48,756 bases of DNA from an uncultured Planctomycetia bacterium (GCA_964580895.1 CAZOMD010000001.1:1-48756); one strand, 5' to 3'; positions 34,101-42,340 are shown, counted from the stretch's first letter. Notes: a model not told the origin generated them from the letters alone. Program-made: numbers and translations.

Positions 34101-36300
34101 CGAGCTTCGTTCTAAGGTCTTTCCCCTCAAAAGAACCGATATCTTGGGCGATATACACGGCATTCCGCGTCTTTTTAGCCTTACGAAGCGCGTCATCGGC
34201 GAGTATCATCCCCAGGGAATAGATCCGTTCAAGCGTTTCTTCGTCTTTAATGAACCCGTCCGCGTCGAGAAGCGCCGCTCCGTCCGTTCCCTCTAATTTT
34301 TCGATAAGGCTTTTTGCCGATACCGCGCCCATGGATACCGTTACCGCCGGCATATTCCCTTCGTTAAAGTCCAGGGGAACGAGCGTATTCCCGAAGTTCT
34401 CGTTCAACATCCGTAAATACAGGTCGAATGGTTTCTCGTTCCTTTTGACAAGAACGTGATACCCGTTACCGTACCTGACCACGCTAAGAACATCCGGGTT
34501 GTAATAAAGAAGCATCTGTTCCCTGGGCGTAAGATCGCCGGCTTCCGCGACAGCGTACTTCCCCTTAAAAGACGTGTTGAACTTTTCTCTTATGTAATTA
34601 AGTTTCCCCTCGAGGTTCCCTACTTTTATCGAGCCTCCCACCGGCATGAATTCGTCCCCCGAAAGGTACCGGTAAACTTCCATCTCCTGGATAGAGAATT
34701 CCTTGGCAAGTGTTTCGAGCATCTCCTTAAAAAGCGAATGTTTTGAGAAAATAACGTCCGGGTCAACAGGTTCCTCCAAAATGCCGATTACACCCTTTGA
34801 ATAGATCCTATTCCGCCGGCTTAGCCTATCAATGTCACCAAGTATAAAGTAATGGTCGTCCGCGTTAAAATTCACGGCCCTTAGCTTTTCTTTCGCGGAA
34901 CGTATGCCTTCTTCCCGTGAAAGCGGTAAAAGCGTGTCTTCCCGCTCCCCGGCTGTACGCGTCATATTCCCCATATTCGCCCAGAACGCGCCGGGAGTAT
35001 CTGTCCGCACTTCGTGCCGGTAGAGATAAGAAACACTATCGATGAGATCGTTTATAAAGGCCATATCGCCTTCAGCGCCGGTCCCGTAAAACGATCCTCT
35101 CATTTCGTACAATATGTCTAACATTTTGGGAACAAGTTTTCCCGGATCTTCGTAAACGCTTATTTCGGTGCTGAAGTTCCTGGCATGATCTTCTTTTTCC
35201 TTGGTATCCGCATCCAAAAGGACCAGGTCTCGCAAAGGCTTAAGGACCCTTGGGCCGGAAACAGCCGCATATGATCTTTTTAAGGTAGATACAAGAACGG
35301 AAAGGACCAGGAGATTGAAATAATATTGTTTTTCGGGCATGCCAAGTTCCTTTATGCCGCTCAGCGTTTCCACGAACTCGACGAGGTCTTCCTTGGTCAT
35401 ATCTTCATTCCATTTTAGATCAAGGAGGTCGCCCGTTACTGCCTGGAGTTTCAAGAGCTCCTCAAAAAGGCTCTCTCCCCTTAAAGCCTCGCGATCGGAG
35501 GGAACGCCGCGTAGCGCGAGGATAGCCAGGATCTCTTCCCGCGCGTCATCTTTTTCGGCGCTGGCGGGCCGTGCGCCCAGCCCCTTAAGAACGGAGAGGA
35601 CCTTCTCGCGTTTCGGCGGGCTTAGGTCGGCCGCCCTGTATAAAGAGCCTTCATTCGAAAGCTGCTTCTCGACAAGCCCGAGGTATATAAGCGTCCCGAG
35701 GTCGCGCAGTACCGTTTCGGACGAAAGATGCCCGTCCGGCATCCTGCCGATAGTCTCTTCCCGTATCGAGCCGGCATCAACGAACGCGCCGTTATATTTT
35801 ACGGTAAGAACATCGAAAATATTGTATGGCGAGCCGTCCGGTTCGGTTCTCTTCTTCGGGGTGCCCCTCTTCGTTTTTAGCGGACCAACCTTCCGCAAAA
35901 TCACTTTTGCGTTCTTTCTTTTGCTGTTTTTTGCAGAAAAGATCTCCCAGAGCTTTTCCGTGGGTTTCGTGATAAAATTTATGCGGTTATCTATTTTCGC
36001 GAGAAGTTTTTTCTTCAGGCTATCACTTAGCTTCGCTTTTCCTATCTCTTTTTTTAAAGCAACAAGAGACCACCTGACCCAAAGATCGTTTATGACCTTT
36101 GATATCCAGGCTTCTTCGATTTTCCAGTGAGCCGCCAAAAAAACAGGGTCGAAATTAACTATTTCCTTTAGTTGTTTAACAATGAGGGGCCTGTATTTCT
36201 TGTTTTCGGTTATCTGCCCGCGGCGGTATTCCCTTCCCAGAAAATCCTCCACTCTTTTAAGGCGCGCCTTTGTCGATAAATAGTTTATTCCATATGACAT
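31159..36300 (-). CDS. Giant multidomain protein B (1713 aa): K/R linker+GSPY module, two GGDEF-type palm domains, coiled coils, HK-type HATPase_c, unknown C-terminal domain
   Basis: Palm 1: ILGDIDRL...YRYLSGDEFMPVG...TVSMGAV. Palm 2, degenerate: GGFHALNAALGHDDANLV...FGRSPPDRFLISL...KISVSTSG. HATPase: NIVRNA, IEDNGGGV, GTGLGLA, GKGSVFTIKIP. The start overlaps the end of ORF A by 44 nt; a GTG at 36255 is an alternative start. Confidence 0.8.
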   Translation of the reverse strand: MSYGINYLSTKARLKRVEDFLGREYRRGQITENKKYRPLIVKQLKEIVNFDPVFLAAHWKIEEAWISKVINDLWVRWSLVALKKEIGKAKLSDSLKKKLLAKIDNRINFITKPTEKLWEIFSAKNSKRKNAKVILRKVGPLKTKRGTPKKRTEPDGSPYNIFDVLTVKYNGAFVDAGSIREETIGRMPDGHLSSETVLRDLGTLIYLGLVEKQLSNEGSLYRAADLSPPKREKVLSVLKGLGARPASAEKDDAREEILAILALRGVPSDREALRGESLFEELLKLQAVTGDLLDLKWNEDMTKEDLVEFVETLSGIKELGMPEKQYYFNLLVLSVLVSTLKRSYAAVSGPRVLKPLRDLVLLDADTKEKEDHARNFSTEISVYEDPGKLVPKMLDILYEMRGSFYGTGAEGDMAFINDLIDSVSYLYRHEVRTDTPGAFWANMGNMTRTAGEREDTLLPLSREEGIRSAKEKLRAVNFNADDHYFILGDIDRLSRRNRIYSKGVIGILEEPVDPDVIFSKHSLFKEMLETLAKEFSIQEMEVYRYLSGDEFMPVGGSIKVGNLEGKLNYIREKFNTSFKGKYAVAEAGDLTPREQMLLYYNPDVLSVVRYGNGYHVLVKRNEKPFDLYLRMLNENFGNTLVPLDFNEGNMPAVTVSMGAVSAKSLIEKLEGTDGAALLDADGFIKDEETLERIYSLGMILADDALRKAKKTRNAVYIAQDIGSFEGKDLRTKLVKLGSGEKEEGIDTLTGFYEEDKFRDRIGETLMAFEITSYTGELSREKGGFHALNAALGHDDANLVITVLAEEIEKAFKSSDITKAVFGRSPPDRFLISLEDRIDQDRFINVLTDILINVKRRSEERLKELFGGRYNFDLKLKISVSTSGDAGSSSAYEFNNIFRRIDITSRLEKLIEMTSSIKIEDAVKERAVADYGDMRIFSPAKEETLYKAYRLIQEKEKQEAIKVQRNEIREKAERVAIAIRTFDHGPATDPGARLVDAFMAFKDGDLGGLMPDETRAKIEKCKKLEKDVKDLYFKVREITLIKQDDPDEINEWRGTLEKLTGEADELYETANSFMEACKLGSGRSSLGENALGEKRLPDLERMVKHLHLAKEILNNRLRFADGRTSEEKIGIKKLVEDAARWNTGRYPDEAMLYGVGMRSVPEKEMYISGDRLSLLNAVANIVRNAWSSAGKYSGQKDMRVDIDIEEDGDWVAIKIEDNGGGVASDFLKIGPNGRPAIYDINVTTKETGTGLGLAEAWYVLKDHGARIDIHSEEGKGSVFTIKIPKDKDGSTLAGKTETPPAEKSAAPGEEPYGEEYLDAWKDPADRVRNEESTFGRARRLNSPEYRSEMKVTCPEASYNYLLYVAGQYVWDHPKNALIVIGLKINSKRVGLDGETKEKIFELYKDLETELYSFKGSLPEYSRLNYDYPPARDTVTEILALKEKHLKLIAHTREEFKKIIPAEKYPETRVMHDYLLFFETKAREFFNDLEKAVRDIEREEAGIKQDGKAAKEVQRLFDQLVARAYEAKRKNEGVIVGIDTSWIPDMQRAAIQGLVNELTKLSEKKGLNNIIIVRGNAEGLASEVSSKMDELSRDTNKFMKIPLSNIVLLGKEGIFDGSAFDWLRPGDDASKWAFFAEVSRLESFPETGDVRLLRMIEIALRLAFDGDTIINDPFILVSEGETARNFIFIPTAGKLELEVLKARYNAETEKIASAV

Positions 36301-39300
36301 AATTACCCAGCTCGTCTTCGACTCCGACTTCTCCGGCGACGAGCAGCCTGATGTCGTCCTTAAGCGACGCGCCGGACCTTATGTTGTTATCCAGCCCCTT
36401 GGCTATATCCACCAGGTGCGTGAAAGACCTGGGGGTATTCTCCTCTTTAAGGTTCATTAACACGGCGTAGGGCGAGCCCTGCGGGATGTTTTTTTTGTAA
36501 ATGAATTTCTTCCTGAACGTTTCCATGCTGTTAAAAAAGATATCCGCCTGATCGAGGATATCGAGCTCTTTTTTAGCGCGAGGCTTACGATCAGTTTGGA
36601 CCGTTTTCTTGCTTTTTCGGGATTTTTTACGGACCGCGGCTCCCCCTTCTTCATCCTCTTCCTCTTTAACGCTGTCATCTTTCGCGGGATCATAGGACCG
36701 GAAGATCTGGCCCATATAACTTACGGGATATCCGACCCCGCACAAAAGCCCCGCGAGATTGTCGGCCGTGAGAAGCGCGAACTCTTTGTCTTTTCTCCAG
36801 GCTTTTCGAAAAAGCCTCAGGAACGCCTCTTTCTCGTCTCCGCCGGTTGCCTTCAACAAGCCGGCGAATTCCGCCGGGAGGTCCAGCCATTTTCCCATAT
36901 AATGCGTGTAAAGATTATCAAACGATCCCATCCTCATCACCTTAAATCCCGCGTTATAAAGCGCCTGCGCGAGATATATGGAATTTATCTCCCCGTAAGG
37001 CTTCAATCTTCTTTGGGTCTCTTTGAACGCGATAAGTTTTTGCTGGGGTCTTTTTGCGAGTTCTTCCTGAAACACGGCCCCGGCCCACATGGAATCGGCC
37101 ATCCTGAATCCCGGCTCGTGGAGGAACGGCTCCTTTATCGTCCTTTTCCCGTATATCTTCATATACTTCGCGAGCTCGTCGTTAAAACTCTGCGGGATTA
37201 TTTTCTCCATCGAACTTTTTACGGCGTACTTAAGACATAAGTTCCCTTTCTTGTCGGTGAAGGTCACAAGATACGCCAGGGGCCGATTCTTATTATCCCG
37301 GCACCTGATAAGAACGAACTCCGCCCTTTCTTTTAGAAAATCGTACCTGTATTTATCTTTCTTCGTGCTAATCACTAATGGTTTCGCCCCGCCAAGTGTC
37401 ATCTCATGGACCTCGGGCTCTTGCGCCGACAACCACCTGCCAGATCTCACTTTAACGATTTCCGGTTTCCTTTTCCTGGATGTAATGGGAAGCCCCGAAA
37501 GCCTAAGAAGGAGACGCAGGTTCTTGTTTGTGAACAACGGGTGGTACGCTCCGGCGAACCGCATCCTCTCAAAGAGATCATCATAAGCCGCCGCGGGCGT
37601 CATCCTTCGTAAAGACGCCTCATATATCTCGAGGATATCGAACGTCTTCTTCCTGCTTACGGTGGAATTATCAAGATAGTGTTTATATAATTTATATGCG
37701 TCGCTTATCCTTTTTATCTTGAACCCCGAGCCGGTCAAGATCCCCTCAAGGTTGCCGGCATTCAGGCGGGCGCGTTCCCCGTCAATGCGTGACGCCTCTT
37801 CCAATAACCGCACGAAGGCCTGGAAACAGGCGTCCTCGTTAAGGTATTCGGCGTATTTAGCCGGCAAATCGTACCCGAATTTTTCAAGATAATGCGTGTA
37901 AATCTTGTACTGGGTGCTAGACGTGATGACTGAAAAACCGAAGTTTCTCAGCACATTCTCAAGATTAGTCTCGGTAATCACTCCGTATTTATCAAGCTCC
38001 TTCTTCGTGTTAAAAAATGCAAAGAACGGCCGCGAGGGATCTTTCAATAATTCTCGTTGATAAACCGCGCCCGCCCACATGATATGCGCCTGGTCGTAAC
38101 TCGGAACGTCAAATCTGGAATCCTTATGGATGTTGTTCTTTTGTTCCGCGAGATGAGACTCGATCACGTCAAAAAAATCTTGCGGGACTTTTTTTCGCTT
38201 ATATTCATCCACAGCGTAGCGCATATTAATCCGCCCTATCTTGTCCGGATATGCCACGAGATACGCCAAGGGCGTCCCTTCAGTGTCCTCATATTTCATA
38301 ACGGTAAAAGCGGTATCTGCCGGTACGAAGTTATATTTCTTCGCCCCTTTTTGGGCTTTTAGAGAAAGTTTTTCGAGCGCCGGAAAATCCCCTTTTATGG
38401 TTATCGGAGGTTTAACGGTTATTTTTAGGCTCTTTTTGCGCCTCTTCACCTCGGCGGGAAGTTTTTGATCGATGAACGCTATGATCTCATCTTTTTCAGG
38501 GCCGTCGGCCATGATTACGCTAACGGCTTTTTTTGTCGCCGTTATGTTCTGCGTGAGCAATAGACCCTCTATGATGGATTTCAGTTTGGGGATATCGTTC
38601 TTAAAATTATCGACAGCACTTTCGGCGTTGTAAAAATCTATCTCTTTTAATTTGGCGATTATGATCTTCTTCTTCTCGCCGTTGCTATTCTTGGTTATAA
38701 GACCGTCCCTGTAATTGCGTTCGAGGAACATCTTCATCCTGAGGTATTTTTTCCAGCTTTCCTTGTCTTTCGTCAGGGCGCGGCTTATCGTATATTTCCC
38801 GGCGGCAGACTCCTCAACCACATACCCGGCACGCAGTATCTCTAAGTCATTCGCGATAGTATTAACGCTCATGATCTTTCCGTCCGCCATTCGGAGAAGC
38901 TCTTCTACGCTTACTTCTCGCCCTTCATGGTACGCTTTTTCCACGTTAACGAGGACGGCGTAGGGCGAACCCTGGAATTTGTGTTTTTTGCTTGGCTGAG
39001 GCCTTCTCTTTTCTTTTTTCTCTGGAAGGATCAGGTCCTCGATGGGACGGATATTCCTCGCTTTCGGCCTGAATTCGACGGATCCCTCAAAGAACGATGA
39101 GAGGTCAAAATAATATATGCCGCTTTCTCCATTTTCAAGGATCCTTTCGGTGATGACCTCTTCCGCCAGGCGCCGGCATGCCTCCTCCGTGTCCACCAAA
39201 AGCACGGGCCTGCCCTCTTGTCTTATCTTGTCCACATTTTCTTTTTTCAGGTTCGCGGCCCTGATCTTGAATTTCTTGTCGAATTTATTGTATTCCTGAT

Positions 39301-41599
39301 ACCTAAGCACGGCGTCTATGAACTCGGCGGCGTGTTCCGTTATGATATCTTTTTCCTTTTTGCCGTACGCCGAATATTTAAGGCTTTTCTCTACCTTCTT
39401 TATCATCATCTTCTGGATAAGCGCTATCTTCTTCGCGGCCATGAACATGCGTTCCAACCCGGCCACTATCTCCTCGAACCAGAGTATCGTCTTTTTAAAC
39501 GTCCTTACAACCACGTTCCCATCCGGGCCTTTCCGCTCAACGCGGGCGCTTTCGTTGTGCTCTGCCGTATACAAAAGTTGTGCCGGCACGGAAATACTGA
39601 ACCCGATATATACCGGTATCCAGCTTGTAGCAAAAAGCGCCGCGAAGGGAACTCCCCCGTAAAATGGTTTGAACAACATTAACGCGAGCGTGCGCGTCCC
39701 GCCGCCGAAAAATGTAGAAGTCCCGAAACTCAGGGCACCCTCGGCATATTTTCCTTCGAAAACAAAATATACACTCGCTATCCACGTCACTGCCTTTATG
39801 ATGTTAGCGAAGACCTCTATCGCGACAAAGACCGTAAAGATCCTGATATACGCGTTCTGTTGCTCGGCCGTCATCTCTCCCAAAAGGAGATCGAAGATGC
39901 GCCGTATCCTCGCTATCTTTCCTCCGAACCACGGCAGGCGTTCGGCGTAGAAGAACGCCGTCTTCAGCGTCTTTGAGGTCAAAATGGACTTCCGGGGCCC
40001 GGGTTGGACCTTCTTTTTGACGTTTTGCCTTAAGCCTTTATCGGGGGCTTGCGCCGGCCCTTTGTCTTTTTGTTCGAGCTTCAAGCCGGCAAGAACATCC
40101 GCTGCCGCCGGTTTCTGCCGTATCCTTACGTACCAGCCGTAATGGTTAAGGGCTTTGCGCTCATTGTCCTGTGTTCTCCTCATTGAGCTCGGGATAAAAT
40201 ATTTCTCCCTGACCTCGAGGATATTTTCTCTGAATTTCGCGATGCCAGGGACTTCTATGGCCTTTAGCGGCAGCGGGAAGAAAGAGCTTCTGTCCACATC
40301 AATCTCCCATGTTGAATCTATAAAATGATCGTCCGTGACAAAATATCCTCCCTGCTTGAGATATCCGTTAATAAACCCCATGTAGCTACCCCGGCCTTTA
40401 CCGTATTCCTCCGCCAGAGCGTTCGCCGCCCGCTGATAATAAATATCGATCTTTTTGCCTTCCAGCACCTGTTTATAACCCGCAGGCCGGGTCACGTCGG
40501 CGCCGACCAAGGTCACGGAATATTCCCGCTCTTCGACGGATTTATATCTCCATTTGAATTTGAGTCTCGGGTGTCCGCGGTACGTGTCGACTTCGACCTT
40601 TTTCAGGTCGACCCCCATGGCCTTTAGTTCAAAGGCTATCGCCGCGATGACATTTTGCTTCGTTCCTAACGCGAGCCGGCTTACGCTGCCATCGGCTAGC
40701 TTTTTCTCATACAGGCTTTTGAATAAATTTTTATCGATATATTCATCCGGGTCTTCGCTATCGAAACATTTCATCAAGTCCTTTTTCTTAAGCCTTGTCA
40801 GTCCGAGTTTGTGATAATCGGAGATAAAATACGCCTCCGTGGCATTCGTGGAAAGCAGGAAATTTGAGATATCCGCGCCCGCGGCCCCGTAAACCGCCGT
40901 AAGCGGCTTGTTCCCCGGGTTTATTATCTTCTTGACCGCCATATCATGTTCGATATAAGCCTTGTGAAGAAGCCCGGCAAAATAGGGACGCGGATCGATA
41001 TCATTCTCATCTTTATCGGCGGCGGACACATCCTGGAATAGCCTTTTCCATCCGCCCTCAACTATAACCCGTGCCGTGCCGGAGCCGACCGCCACAGATT
41101 CTTTTCCTTGAGCTTCCGGCGGATTATCAGACGGGAGATAATACCGCAAGATCCCGCTTGTCCCATCTGCTCTAAGGTACTTGAGACAAAAGGTCTTTCC
41201 TTCCTGAGTTATCTTGTCCCATCGGAACAACGAAACATCAACATGCCGGACTTCTTTCCCAATAAGAGATATAAGACCCGCTGTGCTGATCTTACTCCCA
41301 AAACGGTCTAGGATCCCGCCGATCAGCGTGCTTATATATAGTAAAACAGCTTTTTCTTTGAACTCTCCGGAAATTTCGAGGCCTTCCAGTTTATTTTTGA
41401 GAGAAAAGTCGTTTCCCCTCCGCTCGACTCTAAGCACCTCTGTTGTCTCGAACCGGGAAACGGGGGATAATGTGTGGATAACCTCTTTTGGCGTGTTCAG
41501 TTGTGTGGCAAGCGCCACGTCGTTACACACGAACGCGATAATGATAACTACGGCTATCACTCGGTTAAATATCTTATATTTGTTAAACACTTTGGTCAT
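36257..41599 (-). CDS. Giant membrane-anchored protein A (about 1780 aa): signal anchor, possible Rossmann/MTase-like region, 4-5 TM block, two GSPY modules, 330-aa internal tandem duplication
   Basis: One uninterrupted ORF. I chose the ATG at 41599 (MTKVFNKYKIFNRVIAVVIIIAFV) because the TTG at 41683 lies in the -35 box. TM block at about 39560-39975. VYGAAGADIS...LKQGGYFVT at about 40330-40950. Confidence 0.8.
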   Translation of the reverse strand: MTKVFNKYKIFNRVIAVVIIIAFVCNDVALATQLNTPKEVIHTLSPVSRFETTEVLRVERRGNDFSLKNKLEGLEISGEFKEKAVLLYISTLIGGILDRFGSKISTAGLISLIGKEVRHVDVSLFRWDKITQEGKTFCLKYLRADGTSGILRYYLPSDNPPEAQGKESVAVGSGTARVIVEGGWKRLFQDVSAADKDENDIDPRPYFAGLLHKAYIEHDMAVKKIINPGNKPLTAVYGAAGADISNFLLSTNATEAYFISDYHKLGLTRLKKKDLMKCFDSEDPDEYIDKNLFKSLYEKKLADGSVSRLALGTKQNVIAAIAFELKAMGVDLKKVEVDTYRGHPRLKFKWRYKSVEEREYSVTLVGADVTRPAGYKQVLEGKKIDIYYQRAANALAEEYGKGRGSYMGFINGYLKQGGYFVTDDHFIDSTWEIDVDRSSFFPLPLKAIEVPGIAKFRENILEVREKYFIPSSMRRTQDNERKALNHYGWYVRIRQKPAAADVLAGLKLEQKDKGPAQAPDKGLRQNVKKKVQPGPRKSILTSKTLKTAFFYAERLPWFGGKIARIRRIFDLLLGEMTAEQQNAYIRIFTVFVAIEVFANIIKAVTWIASVYFVFEGKYAEGALSFGTSTFFGGGTRTLALMLFKPFYGGVPFAALFATSWIPVYIGFSISVPAQLLYTAEHNESARVERKGPDGNVVVRTFKKTILWFEEIVAGLERMFMAAKKIALIQKMMIKKVEKSLKYSAYGKKEKDIITEHAAEFIDAVLRYQEYNKFDKKFKIRAANLKKENVDKIRQEGRPVLLVDTEEACRRLAEEVITERILENGESGIYYFDLSSFFEGSVEFRPKARNIRPIEDLILPEKKEKRRPQPSKKHKFQGSPYAVLVNVEKAYHEGREVSVEELLRMADGKIMSVNTIANDLEILRAGYVVEESAAGKYTISRALTKDKESWKKYLRMKMFLERNYRDGLITKNSNGEKKKIIIAKLKEIDFYNAESAVDNFKNDIPKLKSIIEGLLLTQNITATKKAVSVIMADGPEKDEIIAFIDQKLPAEVKRRKKSLKITVKPPITIKGDFPALEKLSLKAQKGAKKYNFVPADTAFTVMKYEDTEGTPLAYLVAYPDKIGRINMRYAVDEYKRKKVPQDFFDVIESHLAEQKNNIHKDSRFDVPSYDQAHIMWAGAVYQRELLKDPSRPFFAFFNTKKELDKYGVITETNLENVLRNFGFSVITSSTQYKIYTHYLEKFGYDLPAKYAEYLNEDACFQAFVRLLEEASRIDGERARLNAGNLEGILTGSGFKIKRISDAYKLYKHYLDNSTVSRKKTFDILEIYEASLRRMTPAAAYDDLFERMRFAGAYHPLFTNKNLRLLLRLSGLPITSRKRKPEIVKVRSGRWLSAQEPEVHEMTLGGAKPLVISTKKDKYRYDFLKERAEFVLIRCRDNKNRPLAYLVTFTDKKGNLCLKYAVKSSMEKIIPQSFNDELAKYMKIYGKRTIKEPFLHEPGFRMADSMWAGAVFQEELAKRPQQKLIAFKETQRRLKPYGEINSIYLAQALYNAGFKVMRMGSFDNLYTHYMGKWLDLPAEFAGLLKATGGDEKEAFLRLFRKAWRKDKEFALLTADNLAGLLCGVGYPVSYMGQIFRSYDPAKDDSVKEEEDEEGGAAVRKKSRKSKKTVQTDRKPRAKKELDILDQADIFFNSMETFRKKFIYKKNIPQGSPYAVLMNLKEENTPRSFTHLVDIAKGLDNNIRSGASLKDDIRLLVAGEVGVEDELGNYVIWNKLFIDKGAP

Positions 41600-41653
41600 A
41601 TTTACTATTATTTCGTCTTGTATATAATAATCCTTCTGTGAAATGTGGCCAGC

Positions 41654-41683
41654 ATTATACCACCAAAAAGGCAGATACGTCAA
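41654..41683 (-). promoter_or_regulatory. Strong sigma70-type promoter of the giant operon
   Basis: Minus strand reads TTGACG, 18 nt, with TGgTATAAT as an extended -10. Leader of about 45 nt to the ATG at 41599. Confidence 0.65.
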
Positions 41684-41746
41684 TGAATATCTTCTTTTAT
41701 TTCTCTTAACAACGCCATTTTGGCTGCCCCGCTTCCCACAATGTTT

Positions 41747-42020
41747 GCAACAGTTCCGCTATCCACAGTACGGTAAAAGCTCTGCGCAAAAGGGTGGATA
41801 CCGGAATATGCCGAGAATTTAGTGAAGTCTTGCGCATCTTGGCCAGCCCTATGGACGGCTGGAGCGCCGGGAAGGATGCTTTTGAGCATTGAGCGGTCTA
41901 TGGCCGACAGGATATGAACAATTTAAGCTTCCCCGCTAAGCTACGCCTGAAAAACAAAAATAACAAATAGACCGCCAGAAGCGCAAAAAGCGTACTTCCC
42001 GCGGATAACTGAACTGTTAC
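41747..42020 (+). repeat. 274-bp TIR-bounded structured repeat, copy B
   Basis: See 9821-10094. Ends gcaacagttccgctatcc / ggataactgaactgttac. Lies about 65 nt upstream of the giant-operon -35 box. Confidence 0.85.
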
Positions 42021-42185
42021 TAATAGCTATAATAGTTCGGTTTTCTTCAAAACATTTTTGGAGGGACTAAATTCGCGGCAATCCGGAACTGCTTTCCGCT
42101 AAAATTCAACTTGGAATACGCCAAGACCAGTTTCTCGCCGGATTTAACATCCCCTTTCGGGGCACGCAAAAATTGTCCCTATTTT

Positions 42186-42213
42186 ATAACCCCCTTCTGA
42201 GGGTTATATTTTT
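42186..42213 (+). terminator. Orphan Rho-independent terminator on the plus strand
   Basis: ataaccc-ccttctga-gggttat followed by atttttc. No plus-strand CDS lies upstream of it. Confidence 0.5.
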
Positions 42214-42224
42214 CGGGAACATGA

Positions 42225-42312
42225 ATTATGAGTCAACGAATATCCCGGAAAATATTTTGGGTAACATTTAACGTGAGGCAATTCGCACATAAACGTCCTT
42301 GTTGTATTCGGT
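42225..42312 (+). repeat. Imperfect direct repeat, right copy (partner 20468-20580)
   Basis: See 20468-20580. Confidence 0.6.
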
Positions 42313-42340
42313 TGTGGAACATGATAAGATATTGCCCGTT

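Noticed and set aside
32249-36130. Long plus-strand ORFs (245 aa, 218 aa, 263 aa and others) antisense to the giant genes, and similar ones opposite tkt, glyA, purB, purD and eno
   Set aside because: They are shadow ORFs opposite strongly supported minus-strand genes. Their translations are S/P/R-rich and lack motifs.
40330-40950. Firm methyltransferase call for the N-terminal region of giant protein A
   Set aside because: Only motif-I-like (VYGAAGADIS) and LKQGGYFVT-like strings support it. Without a profile search this stays a low-confidence suggestion, not a feature.
41600-41683. TTG-initiated 28-codon N-terminal extension of giant ORF A
   Set aside because: The TTG coincides with the -35 hexamer of the best promoter. 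The ATG at 41599 is followed directly by a signal-anchor sequence.
41839-41875. HDV-like ribozyme inside the 274-bp repeat (ggccagcc...ggctggagcgccgg)
   Set aside because: Only a superficial resemblance to the HDV P1/P2 strands. The nested double pseudoknot cannot be drawn, and the stem carries a non-compensated change in copy A.
41680-41889. 69-aa ORF inside repeat copy B
   Set aside because: The equivalent frame is interrupted in copy A (9821-10094). Its 3' end also overlaps the giant-operon -35 box. It is probably a chance ORF in a non-coding repeat.
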